From NCBI RefSeq assembly GCF_009834535.1, contig NC_045696.1, positions 99,016,001-99,080,000 on the forward strand: a stretch of DNA of 64,000 nt, in the 5' to 3' direction. Source of the stretch: Camelus ferus (taxonomy: Eukaryota). A program made the translations under genes and the position numbers. How positions within the stretch are numbered: position 1 is the first letter of the stretch; each line of letters begins with the position of its first letter. Below the pieces are notes generated by a model that saw nothing but the letters and a program-made list of their open reading frames with translations, ran no database searches and was not told the DNA's origin. Below are positions 13,861-27,318 of the stretch, piece after piece.

Positions 13861-14044
13861 CTGCTGGACAGAAGGAGAGGCAGATAAGAGAAGCATAACC
13901 CTGTGAGAATCAGCCCTGTTGGGCCAAACCATGCATTATGTCACTGACAGACTGCCAGCACTGGCCATAATGGGCCTCTTGCATTTATATGAGTGAAACA
14001 GAAAAATCCACATTATGACCCAAGGGCAGAAATCCAAAGACAAG

Positions 14045-14611
14045 TGTGGCAGAATAATACCTCCCCCAAAGAGGTCCACGGCTGAACTCCCAGAACCTGA
14101 GGCTGCGCTACCTTATGTGGCAAAACATATCGTGTTGATGTGACTGTGGTTCAGGACTTTGAGATGCGGGATCCCAGGTGGACTCAATCTAATCACACGA
14201 GTCTTTGAAAACGGCAGAGGAAGGCAGGGGAGTGGGTCAGAGAGACACGCGGTAAGGGGGGCTCCACTTGCCATTGCTGACTTTGAAGACAGAAGAAAGG
14301 ATTCTACGAGCCAAGAGGTGCAGATGGCCTCTAGGTGCTGGGAGCACTCCTCAGCTGACCGCCTGTAAGGAAACTGGAATCTCAGATCTGTATCCACAGG
14401 GAGCTGAATTTTACCAACAACCTGAATGAACAGGTAACAGATCCCCTCCTAGAGCCTCAGAAAGGAACCCAATCTGCCAACACTTTGATGTTAGTCTGGT
14501 GAGATCTGTAACCGAATTCTGAACCATAGAATTTTAAAATAATAAATTGTGTTGTATCAATGCACTGAATTTGCAGGAATTCTGTTACAGCAGCAATAGA
14601 AAATCAATACA
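14045..14611 (+). mobile_element. MaLR LTR (MLT1D-like)
   Basis: tgtggcagaataat start and ttgttacagcagcaatagaaaatcaataca-type end; internal MLT1 motifs. Confidence 0.85.
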
Positions 14612-14939
14612 CTAAGTTAGATAGGAGGAGTGGGGGTTATGCAAGGACGGAGGAGCTGAGGCGGAGGTTGTAAAATTTTGAGTCACAAAGCAAAATTACA
14701 AAAACATTTTCTTCTTCACTATGAATAGCAAAATAGAGAACTTTTCCTGTACTTGATTGGGAAGTAGCTAGGTTTGTCTTCCTACAGTGGTTCCCTTAAT
14801 ATCACTTGGAAAACTTTGTTAATATAAGACATTAGAATAACAGAGCACTGATTATAAATATTTTATTTATTTACATCTACCTCATTACCAGTAGACAGAG
14901 TTATCTAAGAAAAATACATATAACGGAATAAAATTTAGT

Positions 14940-15420
14940 GTATTGTCAGTAATCTTTTGCTTGCAAGTAAAAAGAAAGCACCTAGAAGTAATGACCTAAA
15001 AGAATGTTTGTTATAAGGATTTGAGGAGGGCTCGGAGATTCAATACAGGAGTGCAGCTCTGCCTCAGGACCAAGTGGACACAAAACCAAATGTGGTCGAC
15101 ACACTCTCTTAGTGTTTCTTAACTGCGGTCTGCTCTCTCACTATTGACTGCCTTCCTTTGTTCTTGGCCCACAAGGTAGGCCGACAGGGTCATCGAGTGC
15201 ACCAACTTTTAATTTTATTAGAAGCCTCTGAAGAGCAACTGACTTGCCTCCCTCTGCCCCAAGTCCAAACCAAAGGAAAGAGACTCCTTTGGTCCAGGTT
15301 AGGTCTGGGCTCAATCACCTGTGGCCAAGAGTGAGGTTACATCAGGTTAAGTAGATCCATGAGGCTGGGTGGCAGGGGAAATTCCCACCCAAGGGATCCT
15401 AGTCAGACAGTTTCACATGG
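14940..15420 (-). mobile_element. Old MaLR LTR fragment (MLT1J/K-like)
   Basis: Starts with tgtattgtcagtaatcttttgcttgcaagtaa, typical of the reverse-strand end of old MLT1 LTRs. Confidence 0.45.
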
Positions 15421-15516
15421 ACCCACTAAAAATAGATAAAGAGTGTAAAACAGAAAATAAAGATAGGACAGTAAAATAGAGCCAATATTAAAGCTGATAC
15501 ACAGAAATACAGATCA

Positions 15517-15643
15517 GGGTGGGGGGTATAGCTCAGTTGGTAGAGTGCATGCTTAGCATGCACAAGGTCCTGGGTTCAATCTCTAGTACTTCCATTAACA
15601 AACAATAAATACAAATTCAAAAATTCAAAAATATAATTTAAAA
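15517..15643 (+). mobile_element. tRNA-derived camelid SINE (Vic-1-like)
   Basis: ggggtatagctcagttggtagagtgcatgcttagcatgcacaaggtcctgggttcaatc with A/B boxes and A-rich tail; TSD aaatacagatca (15505-15516) / aaatgcagatca (15644-15655). Confidence 0.9.
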
Positions 15644-16194
15644 AAATGCAGATCATGCCCCTGGGCCATTGTTTAAGGGGGCTGGCATATTTGTTTCTGA
15701 GTTTCATAAGAGTCAAGCTAAAGGTGAAGACGTATTCAACTGTAAAATTCACCACTTCTATGAGAGAAAGCTTAACGATAGCTAAGCAGACTCTCTCAGT
15801 TTAGCAAACTCTATCTATTTAAGTTTGAGAAAAATTTCTCCAGGCCCATTCGGTCCCCCAAAATGGGTTCTTTATGTTATATCACAGACAATATCCAGAA
15901 AAACATCATACAACACAACTGGAAACTGACATACAGCTATTTCTAATGGACTCCTCACTGCAGCCAACATCACAGAGCTTGGCGGTATTTGCTGGCTGGC
16001 CACCCATTAATTGATTGACGTTAAGCATCAAGTTTATCTATTAATTCTAATTATTGTTTCTGATTTTTAAAATAAAACTATTCTTGATCATAAAGTCCAA
16101 CTAATCTCCTGTTAATGCTTATTATGAATGTTGAAAATACCGATTTGATATTATGAAGTAAAATCTCATGATATTAATTTGATTTGTAGGAAAG

Positions 16195-16589
16195 CCATTG
16201 GTGTGCAATGTTTAACAACCAGTTCTAGATGGTGGTGGGGTGGGAGGGTTGGAGGGTGTCAGTTTGTAGAGTTCATCGATTTCTGAGGTGCAAAGATCCT
16301 TACTAACTAATTTCGAATGAACAATGTGGTATCACTGAATGTGAAGTTGGAAAGACACATGCACACCATTACGTAGTATTTCTGCTATATAGATACAAAA
16401 CACAAACCCAAGACATAGATAACAGTAAAATGTAGTAAGTATTCAAGAAGTAGTGAATTTGTACCATTTCTGACCCAATTTATCTGTAAGTTTATATCAC
16501 TTAAATTTCAGTAATGGCGAGATTTAGCAACTGATTCTCAAAGTTCCTGAAAGTTTAGCAGTCAGCAACTGCAAACTAGAACACTACTG
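16195..16589 (-). mobile_element. MER63-like hAT DNA transposon
   Basis: Ends cattggtgtgcaatgtttaacaaccag...aacactactg resemble MER63 terminal inverted repeats; internal match to remembered consensus. Confidence 0.7.
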
Positions 16590-17899
16590 AAAAACCAACA
16601 ATTGTTTTCTAAAATGTTAAATCAATTAATTAAAAAATGCAGTATGGACCACAGTTGGTTATAACATAATGGCAATCAGCAAATAGAACTGAAAGCATTT
16701 TTAAGCTGTTTTGCTCCACTGTAGGAATAAACATCTGTTTTATTATAATAGGTGCCTTCTCAGCACTGTCTTTTTCGGTCTGCTGTCGATGTTGTGAGCC
16801 ATACAGCAATTTATTTTTGTTTTAGTCATCTTAACCCACTCACATTGGTCTAGTCCAAGTGTACTTCAAGATTCAGAGTTTCTAGATTTGTTTTTTTGAA
16901 TCATTATTCTAACTTTCAATAATAAAAGCTATTTTGCTATTTTAAATTTTGCTGGAAATATAGCCTTCTTACAGACCTGAAACCCTCAAATCTCTTAACT
17001 CCTTTTCTCAATGGAATGAATTTTTATGTTAGAATATTTGGAAAATGTATGATTTATGAATATAGCTATTTTCTAATAGCTTAACCTACTATATTTAAAA
17101 CATTTAAAATATTTTCTGAAATGTTAGTCTTAAATTTCTCAAATGTAATTAACTAAAAACAATGAGATAAAATGTAAAGATATCTTTATATTTTTTAAGA
17201 GAGGAACATATGACATTGGCTGATAAAGCAACTCTATAAAATATTCAAAGAACACCAACAAATTAAGTCTTGATACATGTATGCCCTACACTATTAAGCA
17301 ATATATAGAGTTATGGAGATTTGGCATATGGTTCAGAGATTTAAAAGCAGGAGGAAAAAAATACTATTCCAGAACCAAGAATAGAAAAATAAAACTCAAA
17401 CATATGAGAAAATTTCTGAAAGTTAGGTCTGCAGCTGATCAGAAATTTGAGATATTGGGTACTCGGAAGGAAATAATATTTTGCACAGGTATAAACAGCT
17501 AATTTCCAAAGAACTATGTTCACCTGCAATTTTGGTATAGTTTGATGAGGTAGAAATAGGATAAAGAAGAGGGAAGGAAATCCGGTGAGTGGTACAGAAA
17601 TGAAAGCATGGTTGCCACCACGGAGGCTGGGCAGCATTTACCAGATATTGGGAGACATTATCAAACATTTTTTGATGAGTTTCCTCTCTCCATTTTATTA
17701 CTTACGATCAAGAGACAAGGACTCAATACCAAATGGGCTACGTGTGGGAAAAAAAAGAAAGATGATGATCAAAAAGGATTTTGCATAAAATTTTCAGTTG
17801 CTACAAGACCCACCATAGCAACTACTTTGTAATGACTTCATTTCTCCTGTGTTTCACTATTATAAAATAGAAAGTTGTTCATACTGGTTAGGATACATA

Positions 17900-18203
17900 T
17901 AGCATAGCGATTAAGGGAGAACACGCTGGAGTAAGACAGCCTATGTGCCATCCCAGCTCTGCCATTTTCCAGTTGTATAAACTTGGGCAAGATATTTACA
18001 TTTTTTCATGGATCAATCTCTCCATCTGTATAAAGGGGGTTAATAACAACTGATTCATAGGACTGTGGTAAAATTTTAATAAATTAATATAAATCAATGA
18101 ATTAATATATACTATAGAAAATAAATTGACAAATTAATAAATTAAATAAATGAATATAATCAAATATACTGGAACAGCACTCAGTAAACGTCAGCAATCA
18201 TCA
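17900..18203 (+). mobile_element. MIR SINE
   Basis: MIR core (atcccagctctgccattttccagttgtataaacttgggcaag...catctgtataaagggg). Confidence 0.8.
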
Positions 18204-21180
18204 CAAGCTCCGCCATTATTGTTTTATTATTGCAAAAATAATACCATACGTTCACATAGCTAGACCTCCTAAGATGCTGAGAGGCTGTCAGCTAAAAATT
18301 ATCCTAAAATGGGAGCCTATGATATTTGTGTAGACAGTCCCCAGAGGAAAACTGTCTGCTATGTTAGGAACGATCCATCAAAACAAAGGGTTGGTGGAGT
18401 GACCCCACAAGACAGATACAGAAGATAAAATCTTACAGCTGGACCTAATAGCTCAAGCCCCTGGCACTGCTCCCACATCTTAACCTTGTCTGACCTGGTG
18501 GAAAAAGGATCTGGGCAAGCTGCCCCCATAGCTTTGGGGAAACTACCCCTAGATGGAGCAGTTTAATTGAAAATTCCAAAACTTCCTAAAATTCCATGAT
18601 GGAATCACATCATCCTTACTCAAAGAGCCTAGAGCTGTTTGCTGCCACTCAAGGAATATTTATCCCACTACTGTGCTCCAAGCAACTGGGTTTAAACTCC
18701 TCTGTCTTCTCTTTTTTCAAGGAAGAAGTAATGAAGCTATTTAAAGTACCATAACTTTTTTTTTTTTTTAAGATCTATATGGGACAAAACTAGGGTAAAG
18801 GGGGGAAAAAGTTGATAGCCTTAATTAAAAAACTGAAATTCTATTCACATCCAAAACAGAGCATGGCTTTTGTATACAGTGTGTGTGTAGGTCGTGTTTA
18901 TATGTGTGTGTATGTGTGTGCACACACACATACGTGAATAAGGAAATATCTGTGGACAGATGCCTGATTCAGTGTCTACAGAGAATAACAGGGCAGCACT
19001 CACGGTACATTTCAGGGTGTGCTGGCAAATTCACAGATGTTTGGAGAAAAGGGTAACATGACTTATCAAAGCTCCCAGCCAAGTGTTGCTCCAGGGATGG
19101 ATCTGAACCACAATAAAAGCTTCAAGAATATGATCAACTTTAGACTTAAGAATAATCCTGGAAAATGATTTAAAGCATTTTGAGAAGAAAGTTATTAAAT
19201 AAGTTAAATACCATGAGAAGAAAATTGTCATTAAAAAAGAAAAATCCAGAGAAACATGCCTAGATTTGAAAAGCTGAGCTGAGTGTGATAATGTAATGTT
19301 TAAGACACTAACAGGATAAACAGTAGAGGTAATCTTACTAATAAGTTATTTACATAGACTCTAGACTCCAGATTGGCAGTCAGTGGAATAAACATGGGTT
19401 CATATTCTCTTGGCTAAACTTGCCCAGAGGAAAAAAAAAAAATCAGAAAGAAAATTAACCAATTAACCAACGCCATGTAAAATTAACCCGTCACGCACTG
19501 CTTTGTATGGCTAAATACAAATGCCCAAAAGGGACGTCATGTTTCCTTGTAATTCTATTGTTGCATTATTTTTTCAAAACACATTCAATATCCTTGCCCC
19601 CAAGTCTCTGGGTCTTTTATCTAAAGAAAATTACACAGCTTGTTAGATGCAAAAGTAGGTTTTAAACCCAGTCTCGAGTTTTAGTTTTACAGTTTTGAAA
19701 AGCTCAGTCCTGTGAACAGGCTGTCACCTGTCTGCTTGATGTATAGGAGCAGATCAAACACATTTCCTTATGTACCAGAGAAATGACAACGTGTACCACT
19801 TCTACACTGTACTCAAATAACATCCTAATAGTTCATCGAAAACCAAGATCCACGAAGTCTGGTGAACAGTACCACTGTTATCTGGGTCAAAACTGACCTG
19901 CCACCAGGACAAACAAGTAAAGAAGAACATTAAGCCCATTTTAGTCACAAGTGGTTCCCTAAACATTTTATTTGCACAACTGCCACCTGCCTTGAAACTT
20001 GAGTTTTATGACCTCACTTGTAGGCATACTCATTTACCAATTTATGATCCCAGTCCTTGGAGGCCTGGGACCAAGCACTATTGATGATGGCAATTAAAAA
20101 AAATAAAACATGCTGCTCACTGCCAGATTATAAGAAAGATATTTTAAAATTATTTGTGTTCCTCCTATGCTCCCCAAAACAAGTCCACAATTTGTTTGGT
20201 TGACAAGTTGTATATACTCTTATGATTTTTTTTTTTTACTTTAAAATTGGGAAATACATTTTATAACTACAGAAAAAAAATTAAGAAGGAAAAGAAAACC
20301 TCCAGATGACAAATGAACCTAAGGCAATTTTTAAATATTATCTATACTATTTACTCATATCTCATAAGTACTAATAATCTATTTTTAAAAGCCAAATTCA
20401 GCAAAATCCTAGATAGTTGCAACTTAAGAATTGCTAAATATATGTATCTGTGCCTTTATTCCACTTAAGGAGGGTGGAAAATATTATGCCACTCAATATT
20501 CTATATAAAACTTTATTATACTCTGTTATAATCTCAATTTGAAATACTTACAATTGTGGTTTGCAAGTTCTCTGAAGTCTCACTCATTTTGTACATTCAT
20601 GTTTGAGTGCACAGTGGCCATTCGAACAATACTTCAGAAATTTAACTGAAATTAAATAAGCAGCCCAGGCTTACTTTATTCATTGGTGGCTTTATTTTAT
20701 TCATTTGTTTTCTTGTCGGTTCATCAGATGCTGCGCCAGGGACTCAGCTAAGCCCTGAACATACTAATGTAAACAGTCTAATATAATCTAATAAAACTGT
20801 ATCAAGGGAATGACTATAGCTGTTGACCAAAGAATTCATTGCTGAAATTAAAAATGCAAAATTAAACTTAAATAATTTTACAAGATATCTTGGTGGCACT
20901 AACCCCCAAAAATGTGTCCTGTCTTCCCCCTACTTCGTTTTCTGATCTACAACTTGCTTCCACTTGTCCACTGTCCTCACTGTCCCACTGGCCCGGGGAG
21001 GCTTAGACTGATTCCTCCACCCACCCTTGCCTAGTTTCTCTTATAATCAAAGGCATGGAATTCAAGGTGTCTGTCAGGAATTAAGGTGGTAATTTGTGAC
21101 CTGGAAGTAGACAGGGTCACTGGACTGTGTGCTGTTTTCAAAATCTCTATTGCTATATTATGCACTAGCTGGAAATTATA

Positions 21181-21185
21181 TAGAT

Positions 21186-21232
<47 letters not shown>

Positions 21233-21252
21233 GACAGACAGACAGACAGACA
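21181..21252. repeat. (GATA)n(GACA)n compound tetranucleotide microsatellite
   Basis: Direct inspection. Confidence 0.95.
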
Positions 21253-21399
21253 TAAAACTTTGTGGCTATAGGTCCCAGCTTCCAAACAGGAAGGTCTGCT
21301 TTTTAAGCAGCCTGATCATATTGTGTTCCTCAGTGTCAGAACATGAGGAGCCCAGAAAAAGAAAAAGAACAGTGGGAATAAAGCACATTGGACATGCCA

Positions 21400-22700
21400 A
21401 TAAATGAATGATAAATTATTAAAGCATGATTGGAAATATTGCCATTTTTCATAGCTGTCACTTTAAGTATAAAAGCATCAGCACATTAAGCTAGTTACTG
21501 CTTTTTCATAATTGAGACTTTAGCTCCTAGCTGTGCCCCGCAGCTTTTCATTAATCACTGGGACTGAAGTTCAAGCTCAGTGACAGCTTAGAAGGCATTA
21601 AACGGGCCAAGTGTTTTCCAGGTACAGTTAGGAAAGGCCTTTTAGTCGCATAATCCATAGCTAATTGTTTTTCAAAGTCTCTAAACACAATCTACTCCTG
21701 GCGTTTCCTAGTGACAGAATTAGCTGCGAACGGGTTTTCTTTTTATCTTCCCAAGCTTTCTCTCGTGAAAATCTATTGAGAGCCCTATTGTTAGCTGCAC
21801 AAAACAGGTGCAGAATGACTGTGATATGTAAAACTGTAACTGATACTTAACCAAGGAAACATTTATTAGATTGCCTCTGAAACAATACTTCCTGAATACT
21901 TACTCTAATCATACCATTTAATTTGTCATAAAAGAAACAAGATGGCATGAAACTTTGCACACAGGCCGAGTTCACTTTCCTGGTTGGAAAAAAAAAAAGA
22001 GAGAGAGAGAGATCCCGTTGGATCATTTTAACAAATGCAACTGAATCTTCACCCAACATGAAGTAAGAGGGCGGCTTCCCACACTTTGACTTGAACTCTG
22101 AGGTTCCCAGCATAAGCCCCTCTGTTGCTTCGGTTCAGCAATTTTTCCCCCTTTCTGCAAAGTGTTGTACATCAGGTTTTAATGGATGTGCCAAAACATT
22201 CTTTCTTTTGTATAACAAATTATCAAGAGCATCGAGGTCCATTAATTATGTCATCTAATTGGATTGAGGCAGGTGCAAAATACCTTAGATGAAGTGGTCA
22301 CTGGCAGAAAGGCCCAAGTGCAAGTTTTTCTATTAGAAACCAGCGTGTCTCCAGACTCATGGAATTACTTTGTACTTATTGATTAATGGCCATAATTTAT
22401 TACAGTGCAGAAGATCTTGCATCGAGTTAAATGTGTGATTAATCAATTTTCCATCAAATTATGAACTACAGACCAGTTGCCAGAAAGAAAATACCAAGTG
22501 CATTTTCCCATGGCGTAAATATATCAGGACTTCAGCTAATAACTGTCTATCACTTGCTTAATATTCCCTGTCACACTGATAAATGTCATCTCCACAAATG
22601 GGCCACAGGTAGGAATGATGGAAAGACCACCAAACATGTTTTATAGCCACCCTTCTTATATAATGAAATGCTCTCTGAATCCATCTCCAAACAATTTATT
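21400..22700. promoter_or_regulatory. Candidate developmental enhancer / conserved non-coding element
   Basis: Repeat-free block with PBX-HOX TGATTAAT sites (21549-21557 rc, 22380, 22436), MEIS TGACAG sites (21455 rc, 21581, 21712, 22568 rc) and many TAAT cores. Confidence 0.5.
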
Positions 22701-24454
22701 AATGCAAAATTCATTTCTGCCTTCAGCTTGAAATACATCATTGTTAAGTCAACAATATTATATTAAACTGATAACTGATCTTGAGGAAAGAAAACCTTAG
22801 GCTGCAAGAGAGATGAATTTTGGATTTTCTGTGCCCAGGAGCTCATTTCTATTTTCCATCAAAAATGTAGACAGGTGAACTAATTGTTAGCAGTTCTAAT
22901 CTGCTTTCAAGGCACCCAGCGCATTTGAGAAGTGGGAACATTAAGAAATCTGCTGGTTGAAAGGAAGACGACATTTTGTTTTAAAGGTGAATTTCTCTGG
23001 TTAAATAATAGTATTATGGGGGCTCACTAAAGGAATTGTCTCTTTTGAGCAAGGGTACGTCCTTTTACCACTAAAATAGGTAGATGCTACGTCCTAAGAA
23101 AAGTATAAAAGATGCATGAAAGTGGCAAGATAACCTAACTATACTCGGATCAACTGTGGCTTTAGGAAAACGAACTCGTAGTAAAACCTACTATAGAAGT
23201 AAAAACTGACGGGATATGCAAAGATTTCACTGGAACAAGTAAATGTAAGCATGACAGTGATCAGTCACAGAGCCATCCCAGTCCGGAAGCCGCAGCACAA
23301 TACATGCAACTGTAGAAAATAAGTAAGTAAATAAAAGCTGAGCTAATACTTGGGCACTGTAACAAGGTCCTAAAAGGGCTAGAGCAGAAGGGCCTTAAAT
23401 ATGATCATTCTTCCTCTTCCTGGAGCAGGGTGGTAAATGAGCCCAGGGTGTGAGGCTTGCTGTGGGCATCTCAGTCAGTCAGACGCCAGCTCGGTCTTGG
23501 TGATGCTCCAAGAGGTGGGGCTTTTAACATCAGAGCATTCAGTCTTTCTCTCCCGGGACGTGAACACTGGGTCAAACTCCCCGTAGAGGTCCACTCGGTG
23601 GCACGCCTGTAAGTTGCATCCTGACATTTTAGGTCCTCTGTCTTGAAGCAGCTAAGGTAGAATCAATTCTACTCTACCTTATGTAAGAATTGTTTTTGTC
23701 TTAAACCCACTCTTCAAATACAATGCAACTTCCCTTATCTCCAAAATACTTGGTTCTATTAGCAGTAATAGTAGGCCACCTGATGTGGAGCTTTGCAAAC
23801 TGCTTTCGCCATCATCACAATCTCCTGGGCTGAGCAGACCACGATGTCTCCAAATCCTTCTACAAAAGTAGTCACATCCTCTTATTAAATTTAGGTTCCC
23901 TAGTTTCTAAACTACTTGTGCAAGTGGAACAGGAACTAAAAGTTACATCTAAAAGCCCTATCTAGCACCACTCTTATTAATACACTTACTGTATAATTTG
24001 GCAAACATTGTCAGGGAAATAGTTCCCCAGGCTTTCTTCTAAATGCTACGCAAGGGATTCATTTTTAGCTGGTTCTTTATTCCCAATTTTCCCCTCCTGT
24101 GTTGTATAGAATTTTTAAGTATGTCTGTGTTGGATGTTTTATGCTAGGTATTAAAATTCTGTAATTCCTTAAGCTCAAGTCTCCATCATTTTAACACCTA
24201 TTAAATCTCTCCAGCTAGATGGGATCAAACTTCTCCAGGGAAGAAGGGGGATTAGGGCTTTCCACGTGCCCAGCAAAAGCATTGTATTACATGATCTTTT
24301 CTTAGTCCTGTGGAATTTTCAAGTTGAGCCTTACTCTGACACTTATCTCAATATTTTCCTTTGGTCACACCATATGTTAAGGTAGACTTCAAACTCGCCC
24401 CAGAAGAGGAAGTTGCTGCTGCAGGGAGGGGAGATGGAATAAGGGAACACATGA

Positions 24455-25110
24455 CTGTGGTGGAGAAATTGGAACCCCTGTGTGTTGCCGGTGGGAATGT
24501 CAGATGCTGCAGCTGTGGTGGAAAGCTGGCTGGTGTTTTCTCCAAAAATTAAACACAGAACTGCCACTTCTGGTAATTCCACTTCTGGGTACATACCCAC
24601 AAAAACTGAAAGCAGACTCAGATATTTGTACACCCACGTCCATTATTATTCACAATAGCAAAAAAAGTGGAACCAACCCGAGTGTTCATTGATGGATGAA
24701 TGAAAAAAAAAATGTGGTTTTACATTTTACAGTGGAATATTATTTAGTCTTAAAGTGGAATGAAATTCCAACACATGCTACAACAGGGTTGAACCTTGAA
24801 GACATTATGCTAAGTGAAATATGTTAGTCTCAAAACAATAAAAATTGGATGATTCCACATATAATTATATGAGATTCCTAGAGTAGTCACACTCATAGAG
24901 ACAGAAAGAAGAATGGTAATTGCCAGGGGTTAGGATGTTTAATAAGCATAGAGTTTCAGCTTTGTGAGATGAAAAGAGTTCTGGAGGTGGATAGTGATGG
25001 TGGTTATACAACAGTGTGAATGTGCCTGATGACAGTGAACTATACGCTTAAAATGGATAAAATAGTAAATGTTATGTAAATCTTAACACACACCAAAAAA
25101 AAAAAAAAGA
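24455..25110 (+). mobile_element. L1MB-type LINE 3' end with poly-A tail
   Basis: ORF2 C-terminal relic (gtggagaaattggaaccc...ggtgggaatgt), 3'UTR (gaaccttgaagacattatgctaagtgaaat) and poly-A at ~25095. Confidence 0.88.
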
Positions 25111-25535
25111 AAAGAAATACACCACTCTAAAGAAAGGGGTAAGTGGAAAAAAGAACAGCTCAGAGTCAGTCTTACTAGTTTGGGCTTCAGCCCTCCCCTG
25201 ATATGGTTCACACCCTGGAAAGGCATGGCAAGTGCATAATGGTGACAGTGCAGAATGCCACTGAGCTGCTTGTGGAGAGAACTGATAAGTTCAATAACGT
25301 TATGTGTCATGGCTGAGTGCATTTTTTGCTTCTCAACAAAGCCAAATAGGTGGAAGAGGCACCATGATTGGCCGGCACTATGCGGCCAGCAGTGCGTAAA
25401 CCTGGAATTGATGTCTTTAATTCCTGTGTACCACTTAGGAACACGTTTGGAATCCAGTTCATGCGTTTGAGCCTGGCTACTGCTGCCACAGCAATGGAAA
25501 GAGTGGACACCCCTTCTGGGGGACAATTATTACCT

Positions 25536-25935
25536 GGGTCATGGACTGAGTGCTTGTGTCCCCCCAGGATTTGTATGTTGAAGCACTACCCTGCAGTGTG
25601 ATGGTGCTAGGAGGTGGGGCATGTGGGTGGCAGTTAGAATTACGTGAGGTCATGAAGGTGGAGCCCTAATGGATGAGGTTAGTGAGGCCCTCATGCTTGG
25701 GATGCCTTAAGGGAGTCACGAGGAAGCGAGCCTCCCCTCTCTCCCTTCTGCCTTATGGAGACACGGCAAGAAGGTGCCAGCCTATGAACTGGGGAGCGGG
25801 CTCTCATCAGACGCTAAATCTACTGGCACCCTGACCTTGGGCTTCCCAGTCTCTGGTACTGAGGAATAATTCTGATCATTCACAAGCCATTCAGTCCATG
25901 GTATTTTGTTATAGCAGCCTGAATGGACCAAGGTA
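25536..25935 (+). mobile_element. MaLR LTR (MLT1A-like)
   Basis: atggactgagtgcttgtgtccccc...ggtattttgttatagcagcctgaatggaccaag, typical MLT1A ends. Confidence 0.85.
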
Positions 25936-25939
25936 ACTT

Positions 25940-26100
25940 GCCTCCAAATGATAGTAGCAGTGTTGCAACACAGGTTAAGGATTGCCACCAGATCTTCCAA
26001 TTTTTCAAAGAAAGCCCAAAACACAGACATTTTTGAGAAAATTTCCCATGTTTAAACATTGAAAAATAAAGCAAAACAAAACAAAACACTTTCAAACATC
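25940..26100 (-). mobile_element. hAT-Charlie DNA transposon fragment (Charlie4/MER80-like)
   Basis: ccagatcttccaatttttcaaagaaagccc motif; related fragments at 36160-36415 and 63760-63985. Confidence 0.5.
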
Positions 26101-26324
26101 ATGCATTTTTAGCCTGGTAACAAATTCCGTTTGAATCATCAGTTTTTCCCTTCTGCTCAATGGGTCAGGCCAAATCCTCTACCTCTTAGATTCCTTGTCT
26201 AGGTCATACTGGTTAGGAGCTCTCTCTCCCATCTCTGAACTCACAGATAGATTGTTTGTATTGTTCATACGCTTACCAGATATCACCTTTCTTTAATGTG
26301 TGTGTATATACTTTGACTACTTTA

Positions 26325-26445
26325 ATCCAAGCTTCTTGAGAATAGAATACAGTTATTTATCCTATGCTTAGCACATACCCTATGCTTAGTACCCATTATC
26401 TGCTCAATAAACACTTGCTAAATATATGAATCAATGAATGTAAAC
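26325..26445 (+). mobile_element. L2 3' end
   Basis: gctcaataaacacttgctaaat...gaatcaatgaatg tail. Confidence 0.6.
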
Positions 26446-26654
26446 TGAAGGGGGTGATGACCTCAAATCATAGCCTGCATTGTGCTTGAAGTGCATTTCT
26501 AAAGTCCAAATTAGTCTGCAATATTCTCTTTTTCAATTTGTGAATTTATTTACGTGCGAAGTTTCTATCTTTTTTCACCTTGGTTTCTCTCTCTCTCCCA
26601 TGTACTAAGTGCTACAATATGTTAATTAATTATTTTGGTCCTAATTAAACATTA

Positions 26655-26820
26655 ATTAAGTGCCAAAAATTTGACATATTAACTCATTTAATCCTCATCC
26701 AAACCCAGTGATGCAGGTGCTATTACTGCCCTTAATTTCAAATGAAGAAACTGAGAGGTAGATAACTTGCCTGTGGTCATACAGACAGAGGACAGCCCTG
26801 GAATTGGATCCTAGGTAGTG
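26655..26820 (-). mobile_element. MIR SINE
   Basis: aactcatttaatcctcat...aaatgaagaaactgag...aacttgcctgtggtcatacag. Confidence 0.8.
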
Positions 26821-27029
26821 GCCTCATCTCCACATCACGGTGTTCCCGTTAGAAACGCCTGGAAGGAAACTGCTGACTGGGACTACCTCTCAGCCCGGAA
26901 ACAGGGCAGGGTAATGAAGCTAGACACAGCGACAACTCTCACTCTTTTCAGCTAAAATGTTCTTGTTTTTTGCTTTTGTTTCCATTTTTATTTTCTTCCA
27001 TTCTTTTATAAGAAAGGAGACACAATTGC

Positions 27030-27220
27030 ATTTGTCAAATCACGGTTGAACTGAAACCATAGGTTGGTCACCAATACAAGGGCTCAGCAAAAATCGAGGG
27101 AAACTTGCTGTGAAAAGTAATTGGCTGTACTAGGAATTTATAGTAGAGTATTGCATATCTTATTATTAGTTGTTATAAATCATGTATGAATCCTTTATGT
27201 CAGTAAAATCTACAATAAAC

Positions 27221-27262
<42 letters not shown>

Positions 27263-27318
27263 TCTCATCCTTTTTATCCAGGAGAACAGGTTGTTAAGCA
27301 TTTACCATACACCATCAT
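27030..27318 (+). mobile_element. MER63-like hAT transposon 3' part containing a (TG)n microsatellite (27224-27260)
   Basis: aaccataggttgg...ggttgttaagcatttaccatacacca matches the remembered MER63 3' end. Confidence 0.7.

Noticed and set aside
15517..15595. tRNA-like sequence with A and B boxes
   Set aside because: It has an A-rich tail and TSD and lacks a proper acceptor stem, so it is a SINE rather than a tRNA gene (same for 35208-35372)
23476..23607. CpG-rich minus-strand stretch open in two frames (ACHRVDLYGEFDPVF...) after a CAG
   Set aside because: Poor pyrimidine tract, no recognisable protein similarity and no linked exons
25083..25601. Cluster of overlapping ORFs on both strands (up to 147 aa)
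   Set aside because: Runs into L1 poly-A and an MLT1 LTR; no splice or homology support; explained by local GC content
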